Assembly: GCA_963845565.1 (NCBI GenBank)
Contig: CAWJSJ010000001.1
Span: 320,001-384,000 of the forward strand
From: an uncultured Methylomirabilota bacterium
Lineage (GTDB): Bacteria; Methylomirabilota; Methylomirabilia; Methylomirabilales; 2-02-FULL-66-22
Length of the DNA: 64,000 bases
Direction of reading: 5' to 3'
The notes under the pieces are model-generated. The model searched no databases, was not told the DNA's origin, and saw only the letters and a list, made by a program, of their open reading frames with translations. The translations under genes were made by a program, and so were the position numbers. This document shows positions 54,142-64,000 of the stretch, in pieces (the first letter of the stretch is position 1; the number at the start of each line of letters is the position of its first letter).

Positions 54142-55830
54142 ATGCATCCAAACGCCCGACCGACCGATCAAGCCTCTTGCGGCGTCTCCTCGACAACGAG
54201 ACGTGCCGTGCGGCGCATTCTTCTTGGCGGCCTCCTCGCCATTCTGTGGTCTGGTGTGGCTTGTGCCGGCGAGGACACGCAGCTCGAGGCGAGTATCCTC
54301 CGGGTCAAGCCGGCGGTGGTGCTGATCAGCAGCGAGGTGGGGGCCGAGGTGGCGATCAGTTGCGGGATTGGCCCCATTCACCAGGTGCGGCCCGACCCCC
54401 TCTACGAGACAGGGAGCGGCTTCATCCTGCATCCGGATGGTTTCATCGCGACCAACGGCCACGTCGTCGAGCGCTTTTATGAGATGAACGAGCAGCGACT
54501 CGCCAAGGAGTTCCTCGAAAAAGCCGCGGTGGACGCGTGCGGGCCGGCGCTGGCCATGGTGCCCGAGGGGGCGCGAAAGGAGCGGCTCCGCGCGATCGTG
54601 GACGACCCGGCGAACCGGGGCAAGGTCCGTTTGGTGAAGAAGCTCCACGTGCATCTGTCCACCGGAAAGATCTACGGCGCCGAGGTCAAGGCGTACAGTC
54701 CGGCCATCAAGCCGGAGGGGATCACGGCGGGCAAGAGCGCCTCGGAGGGCGGGAAGCCGGAGGCGGAGCGATCCGGAAAGGACATCGCCATCCTGAAGAT
54801 CGCCGAACGCGATCTGCCGACGCTGCGGCTCGCCCCGAGCAGCGGCATGCTGAAACTGGGCGAGCAGATCTTCGTGATCGGTTATCCGGGCGTGGTCTTG
54901 AATCACGATTTCCTCAGCCGGAAGTCGCAACTCGAGGCATCGGTGACGGTGGGGCGGGTGTCGGGTTTCAAGATCGACGTCAACGATCGCAAGGTGATCC
55001 AGACCGATGCCGCCATCACCTGGGGTAACAGCGGCGGGCCGGCCTTCAATTTCCAGGGGGACGTCATCGGCGTGGCCACGTTCATCTCCACCACCCTGGA
55101 GGGCGATCAGGCCGTGCAGGGGTTCAATTTCCTCGTTCCGGGGGACGCGGTGCGCGACTTCTGCGGCATGATCGGCCTGACGCCGACCTCGGATACCCGG
55201 TTTATGAAGGAATGGGAACAGGGGGTCGCCGCCTATTTCCGCGGCGAGTACCAGCGGAGCCTCGGACATCTGAATACCGCCGAGAAGATCATGCCTGGTT
55301 TTCCGGATATTCAACGGCTGCGCGCCTATGTGCAGATGCGCGTGGACAAGCGCCCCCGCTTCATGCAGCGCGGGAAGACCGTCGGCCTGGGGGTCGGCGC
55401 CGTCCTGGTGGGCGTCCTGGTGATCGTGGGCGTGCGACGATATGCCACCGCACGGGCGAACGGCGGTCCCGCGGTCGTTCAACGCATCGGCGCGGACGAG
55501 ATTCGCCGGCGTCTGGAGACGGGAACGGGCGTCGCCCTGGTGGATGCCCGGCACGGGGCGGCGTTCGACATGTCGCCGGTCCAGGCGGCAGGCGCGGTGC
55601 ACTTTGACATCGATCACCCAGACGTTGAGGCGCTCCGGGTGCACGTGAAACCCGACGGCGAGGTCGTCGCCTATTGCACCTGACCCGACGAGGCCACCAG
55701 CGCCCGTGTGGCGCTGCAGTTGATGCGGGCGGGTTTCCATCGGGTCTCGGTGGTGCGCGGTGGGCTCCCGGCGCTGATGGAAGAAGGGGTGACCGTGGCG
55801 CCAAAGGACACCCCGACGGCCGCCGTGTGA
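54142..55830 (+). CDS. Trypsin-like serine protease - TM - rhodanese selenoprotein fusion (C-T-U); start uncertain
   Basis: TNGHV, DIAIL, GNSGG triad; TM; LVDAR..VVAYCT-TGA(55681)-PDEATSARVALQLMRAGF..VVRGG, ending TGA 55830. Confidence 0.85.
55698..55716 (+). promoter_or_regulatory. Putative bacterial SECIS hairpin
   Basis: CAGCGCC-CGTGT-GGCGCTG, starting 14 nt after the in-frame UGA. Confidence 0.7.
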
Positions 55831-55861
55831 CTGCCGGCTGCCTGGAGGAATCTGACCAGAC

Positions 55862-57037
55862 ATGAGCGACAACGGTACCCTCGCGCGTCGACAAGCGGGA
55901 TCTCGGGCCGGGAAGGGCCGGTGGTGCGGTTCGCCGTGGGCCCGGTGGGTGTGCGCGGCCTGGCTGGCGAGCGCCGCTGTCGGTCTCATGGCCTGGGCAG
56001 CACCCGCGGCCGAGGGGCCGGCGCGGGGTGGAAGCGGCCTCACCCAGGAGGAAGAGACGGTCATCGGGATCTACCGGGCGGCGGGGCCGGGCGTCGTCCA
56101 CATCTCCAGCACGGTGCTGAACCAGGACTTCTTCTTCCGGATCGTACCGGAGCGGGGCACCGGTTCCGGGTTTGTGGTGGATGACACGGGGCTGATCTTG
56201 ACCAATAACCACGTGGTGGAGAACGCGGAGAGTGTGGAGGTCACGTTGGCCGACAAGAGCAAGGTTCCCGCCAAGCTCGTGGGCCGCGACCCGCACAACG
56301 ACGTGGCCGTCATCCGGATCAGCGCTCCGCGGGAGAAGCTGACCCCCCTGCGGCTTGGCGACTCCACGCAATTGCTCGTCGGGCAGATGGCCGTTGCCAT
56401 CGGGAATCCGTTCGGTCTGGATCGTACCCTCACGCGGGGCGTGGTGAGCGCCGTAGGGCGCAGCCTGAAGTCGGAGACCGGCCGGCAGATCCGGAACATG
56501 ATCCAGACCGACGCCGCCATCAATCAAGGGAACTCCGGGGGTCCCCTGCTGAATTCGCGTGGCGAGGTGATCGGCATCAACACCGCCATCTTCACGCCGA
56601 GCGGCGGCTCGGTCGGGATCGGGTTTGCCGTGCCCGTCAACACGGTGAAGAAGATTCTGCCCCAGCTCATCGCCCGCGGCCGGGCGAGTCATCCGTGGCT
56701 GGGGATCAGTGGGAATGACATCACCCCGACCATGGTCAAGGCGCTCTCGCTTCCCGTCAAGGAGGGCGTGATCATCGGCCAGGTCGCGCCCAACGGGCCG
56801 GCGGCGCGTGCGGGCTTGCGGGGATCGCAGCGGCGGGTCCGCGTGGGCAATTACATGGTCAACGTCGGGGGCGACATCATCCAGGCGTTGGACGGTGAGA
56901 AGATCACCACGATGGACGATGCCACCGCGTTTCTCGACGACCGGAAGCGGGTGGGGGATGACGTGACGGTCGAGGGGCTTCGCGACGGGAAGCCGTTTGC
57001 GGTCACCGTGCGACTGGGCGAACTGCCGGAGAACTGA
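55862..57037 (+). CDS. HtrA/DegP-family protease with one PDZ domain
   Basis: GSGF, TNNHV, GNPFG, QTDAAINQGNSGG, WLGI. Confidence 0.93.
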   Translation: MSDNGTLARRQAGSRAGKGRWCGSPWARWVCAAWLASAAVGLMAWAAPAAEGPARGGSGLTQEEETVIGIYRAAGPGVVHISSTVLNQDFFFRIVPERGTGSGFVVDDTGLILTNNHVVENAESVEVTLADKSKVPAKLVGRDPHNDVAVIRISAPREKLTPLRLGDSTQLLVGQMAVAIGNPFGLDRTLTRGVVSAVGRSLKSETGRQIRNMIQTDAAINQGNSGGPLLNSRGEVIGINTAIFTPSGGSVGIGFAVPVNTVKKILPQLIARGRASHPWLGISGNDITPTMVKALSLPVKEGVIIGQVAPNGPAARAGLRGSQRRVRVGNYMVNVGGDIIQALDGEKITTMDDATAFLDDRKRVGDDVTVEGLRDGKPFAVTVRLGELPEN

Positions 57038-57507
57038 TGGCGACGCTGCGGCGGACACGCATGGTATTCGTCTGGACGGTGGCGCTCTGGTGCTTCCTGC
57101 TCGCGCCGGCCGTCGCGGTGGACGTGAATCCGCCGCTTCCCACCGGAACGATCGTGATCGGCGACCGCGTGACGGTGACCGTGGAGCTGGCTCGATCCGG
57201 CGACGAGAAGGTCCGGGGGTTGAGCGGACGGCCTGGCCTCAAACGCGGCACCGGGATGCTCTTCGTGTACGACCGGCCGCAGCCCATCGGCATCTGGATG
57301 AAGGACATGCGCTTCTCGCTGGACATCCTCTGGATCCGCGAGGGGTCGGTCGTTCACATCGAGCGGAACGCGCCGCCCCTGACCGCGGTCGGGCCGGAGC
57401 GTGTCTACACGGCGACGGGAGACATGGTGCTGGAGGTGCCCGCCGGTTTCACCGCAGACCGGAAGATCAAGGTAGGGGATTCCGTGAAGGCGGACATCCC
57501 GAAATGA
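57037..57507 (+). CDS. DUF192 family protein
   Basis: VELA..RGLSGR..GMLFVY..WMKDMRFSLDI..VLEVPAG. Confidence 0.9.
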   Translation: MATLRRTRMVFVWTVALWCFLLAPAVAVDVNPPLPTGTIVIGDRVTVTVELARSGDEKVRGLSGRPGLKRGTGMLFVYDRPQPIGIWMKDMRFSLDILWIREGSVVHIERNAPPLTAVGPERVYTATGDMVLEVPAGFTADRKIKVGDSVKADIPK

Positions 57508-58151
57508 GAGCCGAGAGCCGAGAGCCGAGAGCCGAGAGCGGAGCGGGAACGGCCGCGAGCCGCGAGCCGCGAGCCGCGAGGGTGGGGACCGCGCGGGATC
57601 GGAATGGCCTGGCGGCGGGCGCTGTACTCGTGTTCCTATCGCTTGTCCTCTCCTGCCTTCCGGCCGCCGCTGCCAAGGCCGGCAGCGATCCGCTGCAGGC
57701 GCTTGGTCTTCAAGCGCCCAAGGAGGCGGTGGACGCGCCCGATTTTTCGCTGCCCGATCTATCCGGGAAGCAGATCCCACTGAAGCAGCTCAGGGGAAAG
57801 TTGGTGTTCCTGAATTTCTTCGCGACCTGGTGCGGGCCCTGCCGTGAAGAGATGCCCGGCATGGAGCGGCTTCACCGGGCTCACCAGGGCAACGGCCTGG
57901 TGGTGCTGTCCGTGAACGTCCAGGAAAGCGCAAAAACGATTCGTCCGTTCTTGCAGGCCCTCAAGCTGTCGTTCCCGACGGTCATGGATGCCGAGGGGGC
58001 GGTCAGCCGGGAGTATGGTGTCCGGGCGCTTCCGGTGAGTTTTCTCATCGGGCGCGACGGCAAGATCGTCTGGCGCGCGATCGGGGGGCGGGACTGGGAG
58101 AGCCCTCAGGCGCGACAATACTTCACGCAACTGGTGGCGGAGAAGCGATGA
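57504..58151 (+). CDS. TlpA/ResA family thiol-disulfide reductase
   Basis: APDFSL..LNFFATWCGPC..EMP; N-terminus encoded by heptamer repeats. Confidence 0.9.
   Translation: MRAESREPRAESGAGTAASREPRAARVGTARDRNGLAAGAVLVFLSLVLSCLPAAAAKAGSDPLQALGLQAPKEAVDAPDFSLPDLSGKQIPLKQLRGKLVFLNFFATWCGPCREEMPGMERLHRAHQGNGLVVLSVNVQESAKTIRPFLQALKLSFPTVMDAEGAVSREYGVRALPVSFLIGRDGKIVWRAIGGRDWESPQARQYFTQLVAEKR
57506..57580 (+). repeat. (GAGAGCC)n and (GCGAGCC)n heptamers in the TlpA 5' coding region
   Basis: Encodes [11 protein letters not shown]...SREPRA. Confidence 0.85.
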
Positions 58152-58208
58152 TCCCCCCTCCGCCGGGTCGGAATTCCGCCTGCCCGGTTCGGCAACGAAA
58201 GGACAGGG

Positions 58209-58967
58209 ATGCCTGGCGCTGAACTCAACGTCCTGCTGGCGATGGCGGCCGGACTGCTCTCCTTTCTCTCGCCCTGCGTGCTGCCGCTCTTGCCGTCATA
58301 CCTCTCCTTCATCGCGGGGCTCTCTTTCGAGGAGCTCCAGGGAACGGTGGCCAATCCGCGGACGCGCCGGGCGATTCTGGTCAACTCGCTCCTCTTCGTC
58401 CTGGGGTTCTCGATCGTCTTCATCGCCCTGGGTGCGGGCGCGACGCTGGTGGGGCAGGCCCTGTTCCAGTATCAAGTCCTGATCCGGCGGATCGGCGGCG
58501 GCTTCGTGGTCCTCATGGGGCTGTACGTGGCCGGGTGGCTTCGCATTCCATTCCTGATGCGGGAGTGGCGGGCGGAGCTGTCCAGTCGGCCGGCGGGTCG
58601 CCTCGGCGCGGTCGTGACCGGCATCACCTTCGCGGCCGGCTGGACCCCCTGCATCGGGCCGATCTTGGGATCGATTCTGACGCTGGCATCGGTGACCCAG
58701 ACCGCCTGGACGGGGATTCTGATGCTGGCGGCGTATTCGCTTGGGCTGGCGATCCCCTTCCTGCTCAGCTCGCTCATGATCGACCGCTTCCTGGTGTTCT
58801 TCGATCGCTTCAAGCGGTTCTTTCCGGTGGTGACCCGGGTGAGCGGAATCATCCTGATTGCGGTGGGGCTGCTCCTGCTGACGGACTACTTTGCGGTGTT
58901 GAGCCGGCTGGCGTTCTCCCTCACGCCAGACTGGCTGTTTGCCATCGAGCGGAGTCTGCTGCGGTAA
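58209..58967 (+). CDS. ccdA: Cytochrome c biogenesis protein CcdA
   Basis: LSFLSPCVLP, WTPCIGP. Confidence 0.92.
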   Translation: MPGAELNVLLAMAAGLLSFLSPCVLPLLPSYLSFIAGLSFEELQGTVANPRTRRAILVNSLLFVLGFSIVFIALGAGATLVGQALFQYQVLIRRIGGGFVVLMGLYVAGWLRIPFLMREWRAELSSRPAGRLGAVVTGITFAAGWTPCIGPILGSILTLASVTQTAWTGILMLAAYSLGLAIPFLLSSLMIDRFLVFFDRFKRFFPVVTRVSGIILIAVGLLLLTDYFAVLSRLAFSLTPDWLFAIERSLLR

Positions 58968-59079
58968 GAACCGGTCTCCGTGTTTCGCGGGGGTGAGCCC
59001 GTCCGGCCTGCGCCTGGGTTGAGACGCCGCCGTGGGGTTGGCCGGTCCTGTCGGAGGTCGAGGTCGGGAGGTGTGACGG

Positions 59080-59742
59080 GTGGCCAAGAAGAAGCCCCAG
59101 CGGAGGGACGATCCGCCGGAACCGGCAGCCGAACGCCCGCGGGTTTCCGGCATCCTGGCGGGCCGGCCGACGACGGCGGGGGTGATCTGGCTGGTAGTGA
59201 TTCTCTTGGTCATCGGTATCTCCGCCGGCTACCTGGTGTCGCGGTTTGCGGGATCGAGCGGCCCGACCGCCGGCACGGCGACACCAGACCCGACGTTTCC
59301 CTGGCGGGCGCGTCTGCTGCAGGATCCCAAGGACGTGGAGGCGCTGCTGGCTCTGGCCCACGTCGAGCTCGACCGCCAACAGGTGGACGAGGCGGAAACA
59401 CTCTATCGGCAGGTGCTGTCGCTCCAGCCGAAGAACGTGGAGGCGATCACGCACCTCGGGACGGTGATGCTGGTGCGCGGCCAGACGGGCGCGGCGCTCC
59501 GGCAGTACAACCAGGCGCTGGCGATTCAACCCGACTACCTCCACGCCCTCTGGGACAAAGGCAGCCTGCAGCAACAGGTGCTGCAAGACTACCCGGCAGC
59601 GATCAAAACCTGGGAAGTCTTCCTGCGGACGGCGGGCCCGGAGAGTCCGGACGGCAAGACGGCGCAGCAATTCATCGCCGAGGCCCGGGAGGCGATGAAG
59701 AAGGCGTCCCCGGTGGATAAGGCGTTCGGCGGGACATCCTAG
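59080..59742 (+). CDS. Membrane-anchored TPR protein (CcmH/CycH-like)
   Basis: One TM then TPR repeats (DPKDVEAL.., QPKNVEA.., QPDY..A). Confidence 0.8.
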   Translation: MAKKKPQRRDDPPEPAAERPRVSGILAGRPTTAGVIWLVVILLVIGISAGYLVSRFAGSSGPTAGTATPDPTFPWRARLLQDPKDVEALLALAHVELDRQQVDEAETLYRQVLSLQPKNVEAITHLGTVMLVRGQTGAALRQYNQALAIQPDYLHALWDKGSLQQQVLQDYPAAIKTWEVFLRTAGPESPDGKTAQQFIAEAREAMKKASPVDKAFGGTS

Positions 59743-59888
59743 CGCCAACGCGGAACGACACCTGTGGTATAGTACCAGGCCGCGCTTCGAGCACGCGAGG
59801 CGCGGCCTTGGTGTGTCTGGCAGCCACTGACGATGGGCCGTCGCCGGGGGCCGCTCGTCCACGGTCTATTCACTTGTCTCGTACGCTC

Positions 59889-61253
59889 ATGACGCTGCGC
59901 CAACGCATGAAGTCCGTCATCAATGGGACAGGCGATCAGCGGGCGATCCGCGGCGCCGTCCTGACCCTCGCACTCCCCATCGTCGGAAGCGACCTGCTGC
60001 AGCGCGGCGTCAACGTGGTGGATGCGCTCCTGGTGGGTCGGCTTGGCGCTGCGGAACTGGCGGCGGTGGGCCTCTCCCAACTGCTCCTGATGTTCGTGAT
60101 GGCGCTGGTGTACGGGCTGGGCGTCGGGGCAACGGTCATGGTCGCGTTCCACACCGGCGCGACGGACGAGCGGCGACGGGCGTGGGCGGCACGCACAGTG
60201 TTGGTGGTCGGTGGGGCGGCGACTCTCATCCTGGGGAGCGGCGGGATCGTATGGTCGCGAGCGGCAGTGGCCTTCATGGGTGCGGATGGACGGCTGCTCG
60301 ATTTGACACTGACGTACCTGCACGTCACCTGGTATCTCTTTGGTGCCTATGTCTTCCTGCACCTCATGTCCGCCATCTTTCAGGGTGTGGGTGACACGCG
60401 GACGCCGCTCAAGGCCATGGTGTGGGTGAATGTCCTGCACGTCGTGGTGGCGATTCCACTCATCTACGGCTTGGTCGGATGTCCGCGTTTGGGCGTGGCG
60501 GGGGCCGCTCTGGCATCCGGGCTCTCGGAAGCGGCCGGTGCCGGGTGGCTGCTCTGGGTGGCAGCGCGGCGCGGGATCTTCGGGGCCCGCCGGCTCGGCT
60601 GGAGTCAGCGTGAGCTCTGGCGGATTTTGCGGGTGGGACTTCCGGCGGCGGGGGAGCGGCTCATCACGCACGGGATGCAGCTCGTGTTCGCCCGGATCGT
60701 GATTCACTTCGGGGTCGCCGCCTACGCGGCGCACCAGGTGGGGCTGAATATCGAGTCGCTTTCGTTCTTGCCCGGGATGGGGTTTGCCAAGGCCGCCACT
60801 GCCCTGGTGGGGCAACGGCTGGGGGCCCAAGATGCCGAGGGCGCGCGGCGCGCGGCGCGCGAGGCGAACCGGCTCGCACTGACCATCATGAGCATTTGGG
60901 GCGTGGCCTTTATTCTGTTCCCCCACACCTGGGTGGCTTTCTTCACCGCAGACCCGGAGGTGCTCGGCTACAGTGTGCCCCTCATGACGGTGATGGGCCT
61001 TCTGCAGCCGCCCCTGGCCGTGTCGATGGTGATCGCCGGAGCGCTCCGCGGGGCCGGCGAAACCCATGTGGTCCTGGCGGCGGCGATCGTCGGCGGGTGG
61101 TGCGTCCGGCTGCCGCTGGCCTATTTCGGCGGCGTCGTAGGGAACCTGGGCATGACCGTGGTGTGGACCACGATGATCCTGGACTGGCTGGTTCGAGGAG
61201 CGATTCTGTCGTGGCGGTTCCGGCGGGTGCGGCTCAAGGAGGTCCGGCTGTAA
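59889..61253 (+). CDS. MATE family efflux transporter
   Basis: LALP, VD..LVGRLG, GDTRTPL, GALRGAG. Confidence 0.92.
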   Translation: MTLRQRMKSVINGTGDQRAIRGAVLTLALPIVGSDLLQRGVNVVDALLVGRLGAAELAAVGLSQLLLMFVMALVYGLGVGATVMVAFHTGATDERRRAWAARTVLVVGGAATLILGSGGIVWSRAAVAFMGADGRLLDLTLTYLHVTWYLFGAYVFLHLMSAIFQGVGDTRTPLKAMVWVNVLHVVVAIPLIYGLVGCPRLGVAGAALASGLSEAAGAGWLLWVAARRGIFGARRLGWSQRELWRILRVGLPAAGERLITHGMQLVFARIVIHFGVAAYAAHQVGLNIESLSFLPGMGFAKAATALVGQRLGAQDAEGARRAAREANRLALTIMSIWGVAFILFPHTWVAFFTADPEVLGYSVPLMTVMGLLQPPLAVSMVIAGALRGAGETHVVLAAAIVGGWCVRLPLAYFGGVVGNLGMTVVWTTMILDWLVRGAILSWRFRRVRLKEVRL

Positions 61254-61338
61254 TCACACAGGGAGTGCTCACGGCGACAGTGAAGCGGCCGGTGTTCCCA
61301 ACTGTCCCCTCCCTGTCCCTGTCCCTGTCGGATCTCAG

Positions 61339-62025
61339 TTATTTCCCCAGCATGCGCTGTCGCAACGCGTCCAGCGTGAAATCCCTGGCCGTGGCGAAGT
61401 CCCGCAGGCCGGCCTCTCGTTCCCGGACCTTCAGGCACTCGGCGTATACCTTGTCCGCAATCTCCAGCGGGACGGTGGTGACGCCGCTGGCGTCGCCGTG
61501 GATCAGGTCGCCGGGTCGTACGGTGGTCCCGCTGATCTCCACGGGGATCCCGACCTCTTCGATGTTGAAGGTCCCGTGGGCCACGACGAAACCGGCGGCG
61601 AAGACGTGGTAGCCGAGCGGCGTGACTCCGGCGAGGTCCCGCACCCCGCCATCCGTGACGATGCCGATCGCCCCCAGTCGCTTGGTGATGGTGGCGATGA
61701 CGTCTCCCAGGAAGCAGGCGTGCGTCCGCCTTGGCCCCACGTCCTTGATGACCAGGACGGACGGCTTGGGCGCCGCGGCGACGGCTTCAAAGAGACGGAA
61801 GTGACCCTTTCGATCGCGGGCGCGCGCGGGTGCCATGCTGTTGGCGGTGGCGGTGACGGCGTAGCCCAGCATCACCCCAAACTCCGGGGTGTGGCAGGGG
61901 ACGTCCATTCCCAGGAACCCCTGCGTGTCGTCCCGCACCTTGAACGCCTCGATGGCGTTGGCCACCGTGGGGGAGTCCATCGCGCGCAGTTCGGCGAGCT
62001 GTTCCGGTGTCAGCGTGGTCGGCAT
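61339..62025 (-). CDS. RraA/HMG aldolase family protein
   Basis: SPTVANA, GYAVT, TDGGVRD, PGDLIHGDASGV. Confidence 0.88.
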   Translation of the reverse strand: MPTTLTPEQLAELRAMDSPTVANAIEAFKVRDDTQGFLGMDVPCHTPEFGVMLGYAVTATANSMAPARARDRKGHFRLFEAVAAAPKPSVLVIKDVGPRRTHACFLGDVIATITKRLGAIGIVTDGGVRDLAGVTPLGYHVFAAGFVVAHGTFNIEEVGIPVEISGTTVRPGDLIHGDASGVTTVPLEIADKVYAECLKVREREAGLRDFATARDFTLDALRQRMLGK

Positions 62026-62317
62026 TCCGCGTCTCCTTTCCTGGGTCCTCGCGATACCAACGGGGAGTCGTAACGGTGCACAGGCTAACGCCTCGAACGA
62101 CCGGTGTCAATCGGATGGGTCGCGGAAGGGCGATGTCCCTCGTCCGACGTTCGAGCCCGGGTGTCAGACCTTCGTCGGGTTATGCGCACCTGCTTGACAT
62201 CGGACGGAAGTCGGTGCCATAACAGGCCGGTTCACACTGACTCGCTCGCCATCCGACGCCGACTGCGCCGGGATGGCGGGCCGACACGCAGCCTCCCCCA
62301 TGTCTGGAGATCATGCC

Positions 62318-63256
62318 ATGATCACGCTCGACGATGTGCAACAGGCTGATGAGCGGATAGCGCCGTACGTTCGCAGGACACCGCTTGTCGCCGCGCGGTG
62401 CCTCAAGGACGACCCGTGCAAGGATGGGGAGCTGCTCTTGAAGCTGGAGTGTCTCCAGGCGACCGGGTCGTTTAAGGCGCGCGGTGCGGCGAATAAACTG
62501 CTCTCGCTGACCTCTGAGGAGGTCCGGCGGGGGATCATCACCGCGTCCGGTGGGAACCACGGGCTCGCCACGGCGTACGCGGGGTGGCTCGGAAAGACCC
62601 GGACGACGGTGTACCTGCCGGAGAGCGCGTCGCGGGAAAAGGCCGCCAAGATCGCCACCTGGGGGGCAACGGTCGTGGTCAAGGGGCGGCATTGGGATGA
62701 CGCCAACCGGGAAGCCCTGGCCGTGGCCGATCGGGAGGGGCTGACCTACTTTCACCCGTTTGCGGATCCCGTCGTGATCGCCGGACAGGGCACAACCGCC
62801 CTGGAGATGCTGACGCAAGTCCCCGACGTGGACGACGTCCTAGTCGCCATCGGTGGGGGTGGGTTGATCAGCGGGGTTGCGCTGACCGTCAAGGCACTCC
62901 GTCCCGCCGCGCGCATCATCGGCATCGAGCCGACCGGTGCCCCGACCCTGTACGAAAGCGTGAAGGCCGGCCGGGTGGTGGAGTTGTCGGGCATCACGAC
63001 GAGCGTCCCCACTCTGGCGGCGCGGAAGACGGAACAGATCAATTTCGAGATCGTCCGGCAGTGCGTGGAGGAGATCGTTCTGGTGACCGACGACGCCATG
63101 CGGGAGGCGGCCCGCTGGCTCTGGTTCGAGATGGGGCTGGCCACCGATCTGAGCGGGGCCGCGTCTCTGGCGGCCGTCCGAAGCGGCAAAGTCCCGCTCG
63201 CTGCGGGGCGAAAAGTCTGCGCCCTGGTCTGTGGGGCGGGATCTGACGGCTTGTGA
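62318..63256 (+). CDS. PLP threonine/serine dehydratase
   Basis: KLECLQATGSFKARG, SGGNH, HPF, GQGT, GGGG. Confidence 0.92.
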   Translation: MITLDDVQQADERIAPYVRRTPLVAARCLKDDPCKDGELLLKLECLQATGSFKARGAANKLLSLTSEEVRRGIITASGGNHGLATAYAGWLGKTRTTVYLPESASREKAAKIATWGATVVVKGRHWDDANREALAVADREGLTYFHPFADPVVIAGQGTTALEMLTQVPDVDDVLVAIGGGGLISGVALTVKALRPAARIIGIEPTGAPTLYESVKAGRVVELSGITTSVPTLAARKTEQINFEIVRQCVEEIVLVTDDAMREAARWLWFEMGLATDLSGAASLAAVRSGKVPLAAGRKVCALVCGAGSDGL

Positions 63257-63304
63257 GATGGGTGCGTGCCCGTCCCGCGCCGGTTCCGGGACCGCGGTCT
63301 CCGC

Positions 63305-63333
63305 TTGTCGCGGGGGAGATGCGTTCGTATAAT
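63305..63333 (+). promoter_or_regulatory. Sigma70-type promoter
   Basis: TTGTCG-N17-TATAAT. Confidence 0.6.
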
Positions 63334-63439
63334 CGTCACCGTGCGGGGAGGGGCGGCGCCGCGGGGTGGGCGAGGGATGTGATGTCCGGCATGCGCGGCC
63401 TCGCGAGACGATGATGAGCATTCACGGGACCAGGGTGCG

Positions 63440-64000
63440 ATGCGCCAGCCGGTTCTGAACAAGTCGTTCGCAATCTCTTTGCTGCTCCACGCAGGACTCG
63501 TGGGTCTGCTGCTGTTGCTGGCGAGACCGTCGCTCTCCCCGGACCGGCCTATCCGCGTGCGGATCCTGGAGCCGCCGCCGGTCGCTGTGGCGCCGGCCGG
63601 CCAGGGTATGGCTCCGCAGCCCGTCCCGCGTCCCGCCCCCAAGGCACCGCCGGCCCCCCCGCCCCGGAGCATGTCGAGCGAGCGGAACAGCCGCGACGAT
63701 CGTCTCGCACGGCCCGAGCCGCCGGCCGTCGCCCCGCCGCCGCGTCCGGCTCCCACTCCCACGTCCGAGCCACCCCCGGCGCCAAGCGCGCCGCCCCAGG
63801 TCGCGTCACGACCCGCGCCGGAGGCGGCGCCTCCGCCCGTCGAGACTCGACGCGAAACGCTGCCGGAGCGGGTCCAGCCGGACCGAAGCGGTCTCAGCTT
63901 GGGTGGGCCGCTTCCGGAAGCGGCCGGCTCGGGGACTGCCTCGGGTTCACCGCGGGCGAGTAGCGCTCGCCCATCGCTCCGGGATCAGATCGCCGGACTC
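63440..64000 (+). CDS. TonB-like energy transducer, partial
   Basis: Not in ORF track: MRQPVLNKSFAISLLLHAGL (SxxxH TM motif) then a Pro-rich spacer, open to window end. Confidence 0.75.
   Translation, partial: MRQPVLNKSFAISLLLHAGLVGLLLLLARPSLSPDRPIRVRILEPPPVAVAPAGQGMAPQPVPRPAPKAPPAPPPRSMSSERNSRDDRLARPEPPAVAPPPRPAPTPTSEPPPAPSAPPQVASRPAPEAAPPPVETRRETLPERVQPDRSGLSLGGPLPEAAGSGTASGSPRASSARPSLRDQIAGL

Overview
GC-rich bacterial chromosomal segment, probably from an anaerobe. The gene content and repeat style suggest Methylomirabilota/NC10 or a deltaproteobacterium-like lineage, but this is inference only. Recognisable content: a partial B12-binding radical SAM gene, groES-groEL, stress genes (ABM, USP, ferritin-like), a broken cation P-type ATPase, an M16 peptidase pair, a csoR-GGR-copA operon with its operator, gldA, a yedE-tusA-desulfurase-DUF3343 selenium/sulfur operon, and an envelope cluster (DsbA, two trypsin-like proteases, DUF192, TlpA, CcdA, TPR, MATE). 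Highlights missed by the ORF track: (1) two in-frame UGA selenoproteins with SECIS-like hairpins, a DUF1573-like Cys-Sec protein and a trypsin protease-TM-rhodanese (C-T-U) fusion; (2) a ~176-nt structured ncRNA with its own sigma70 promoter; (3) a sigma54-controlled PlsA/PlsR (Ger)-like ether-lipid module with a duplicated reductase subunit; (4) a 105-bp double-hairpin element duplicated exactly at two stop codons; (5) heptamer repeats inserted into coding sequences. Several genes carry single-base frameshifts that may be long-read errors. No rRNA, tRNA, CRISPR array or transposase was seen.
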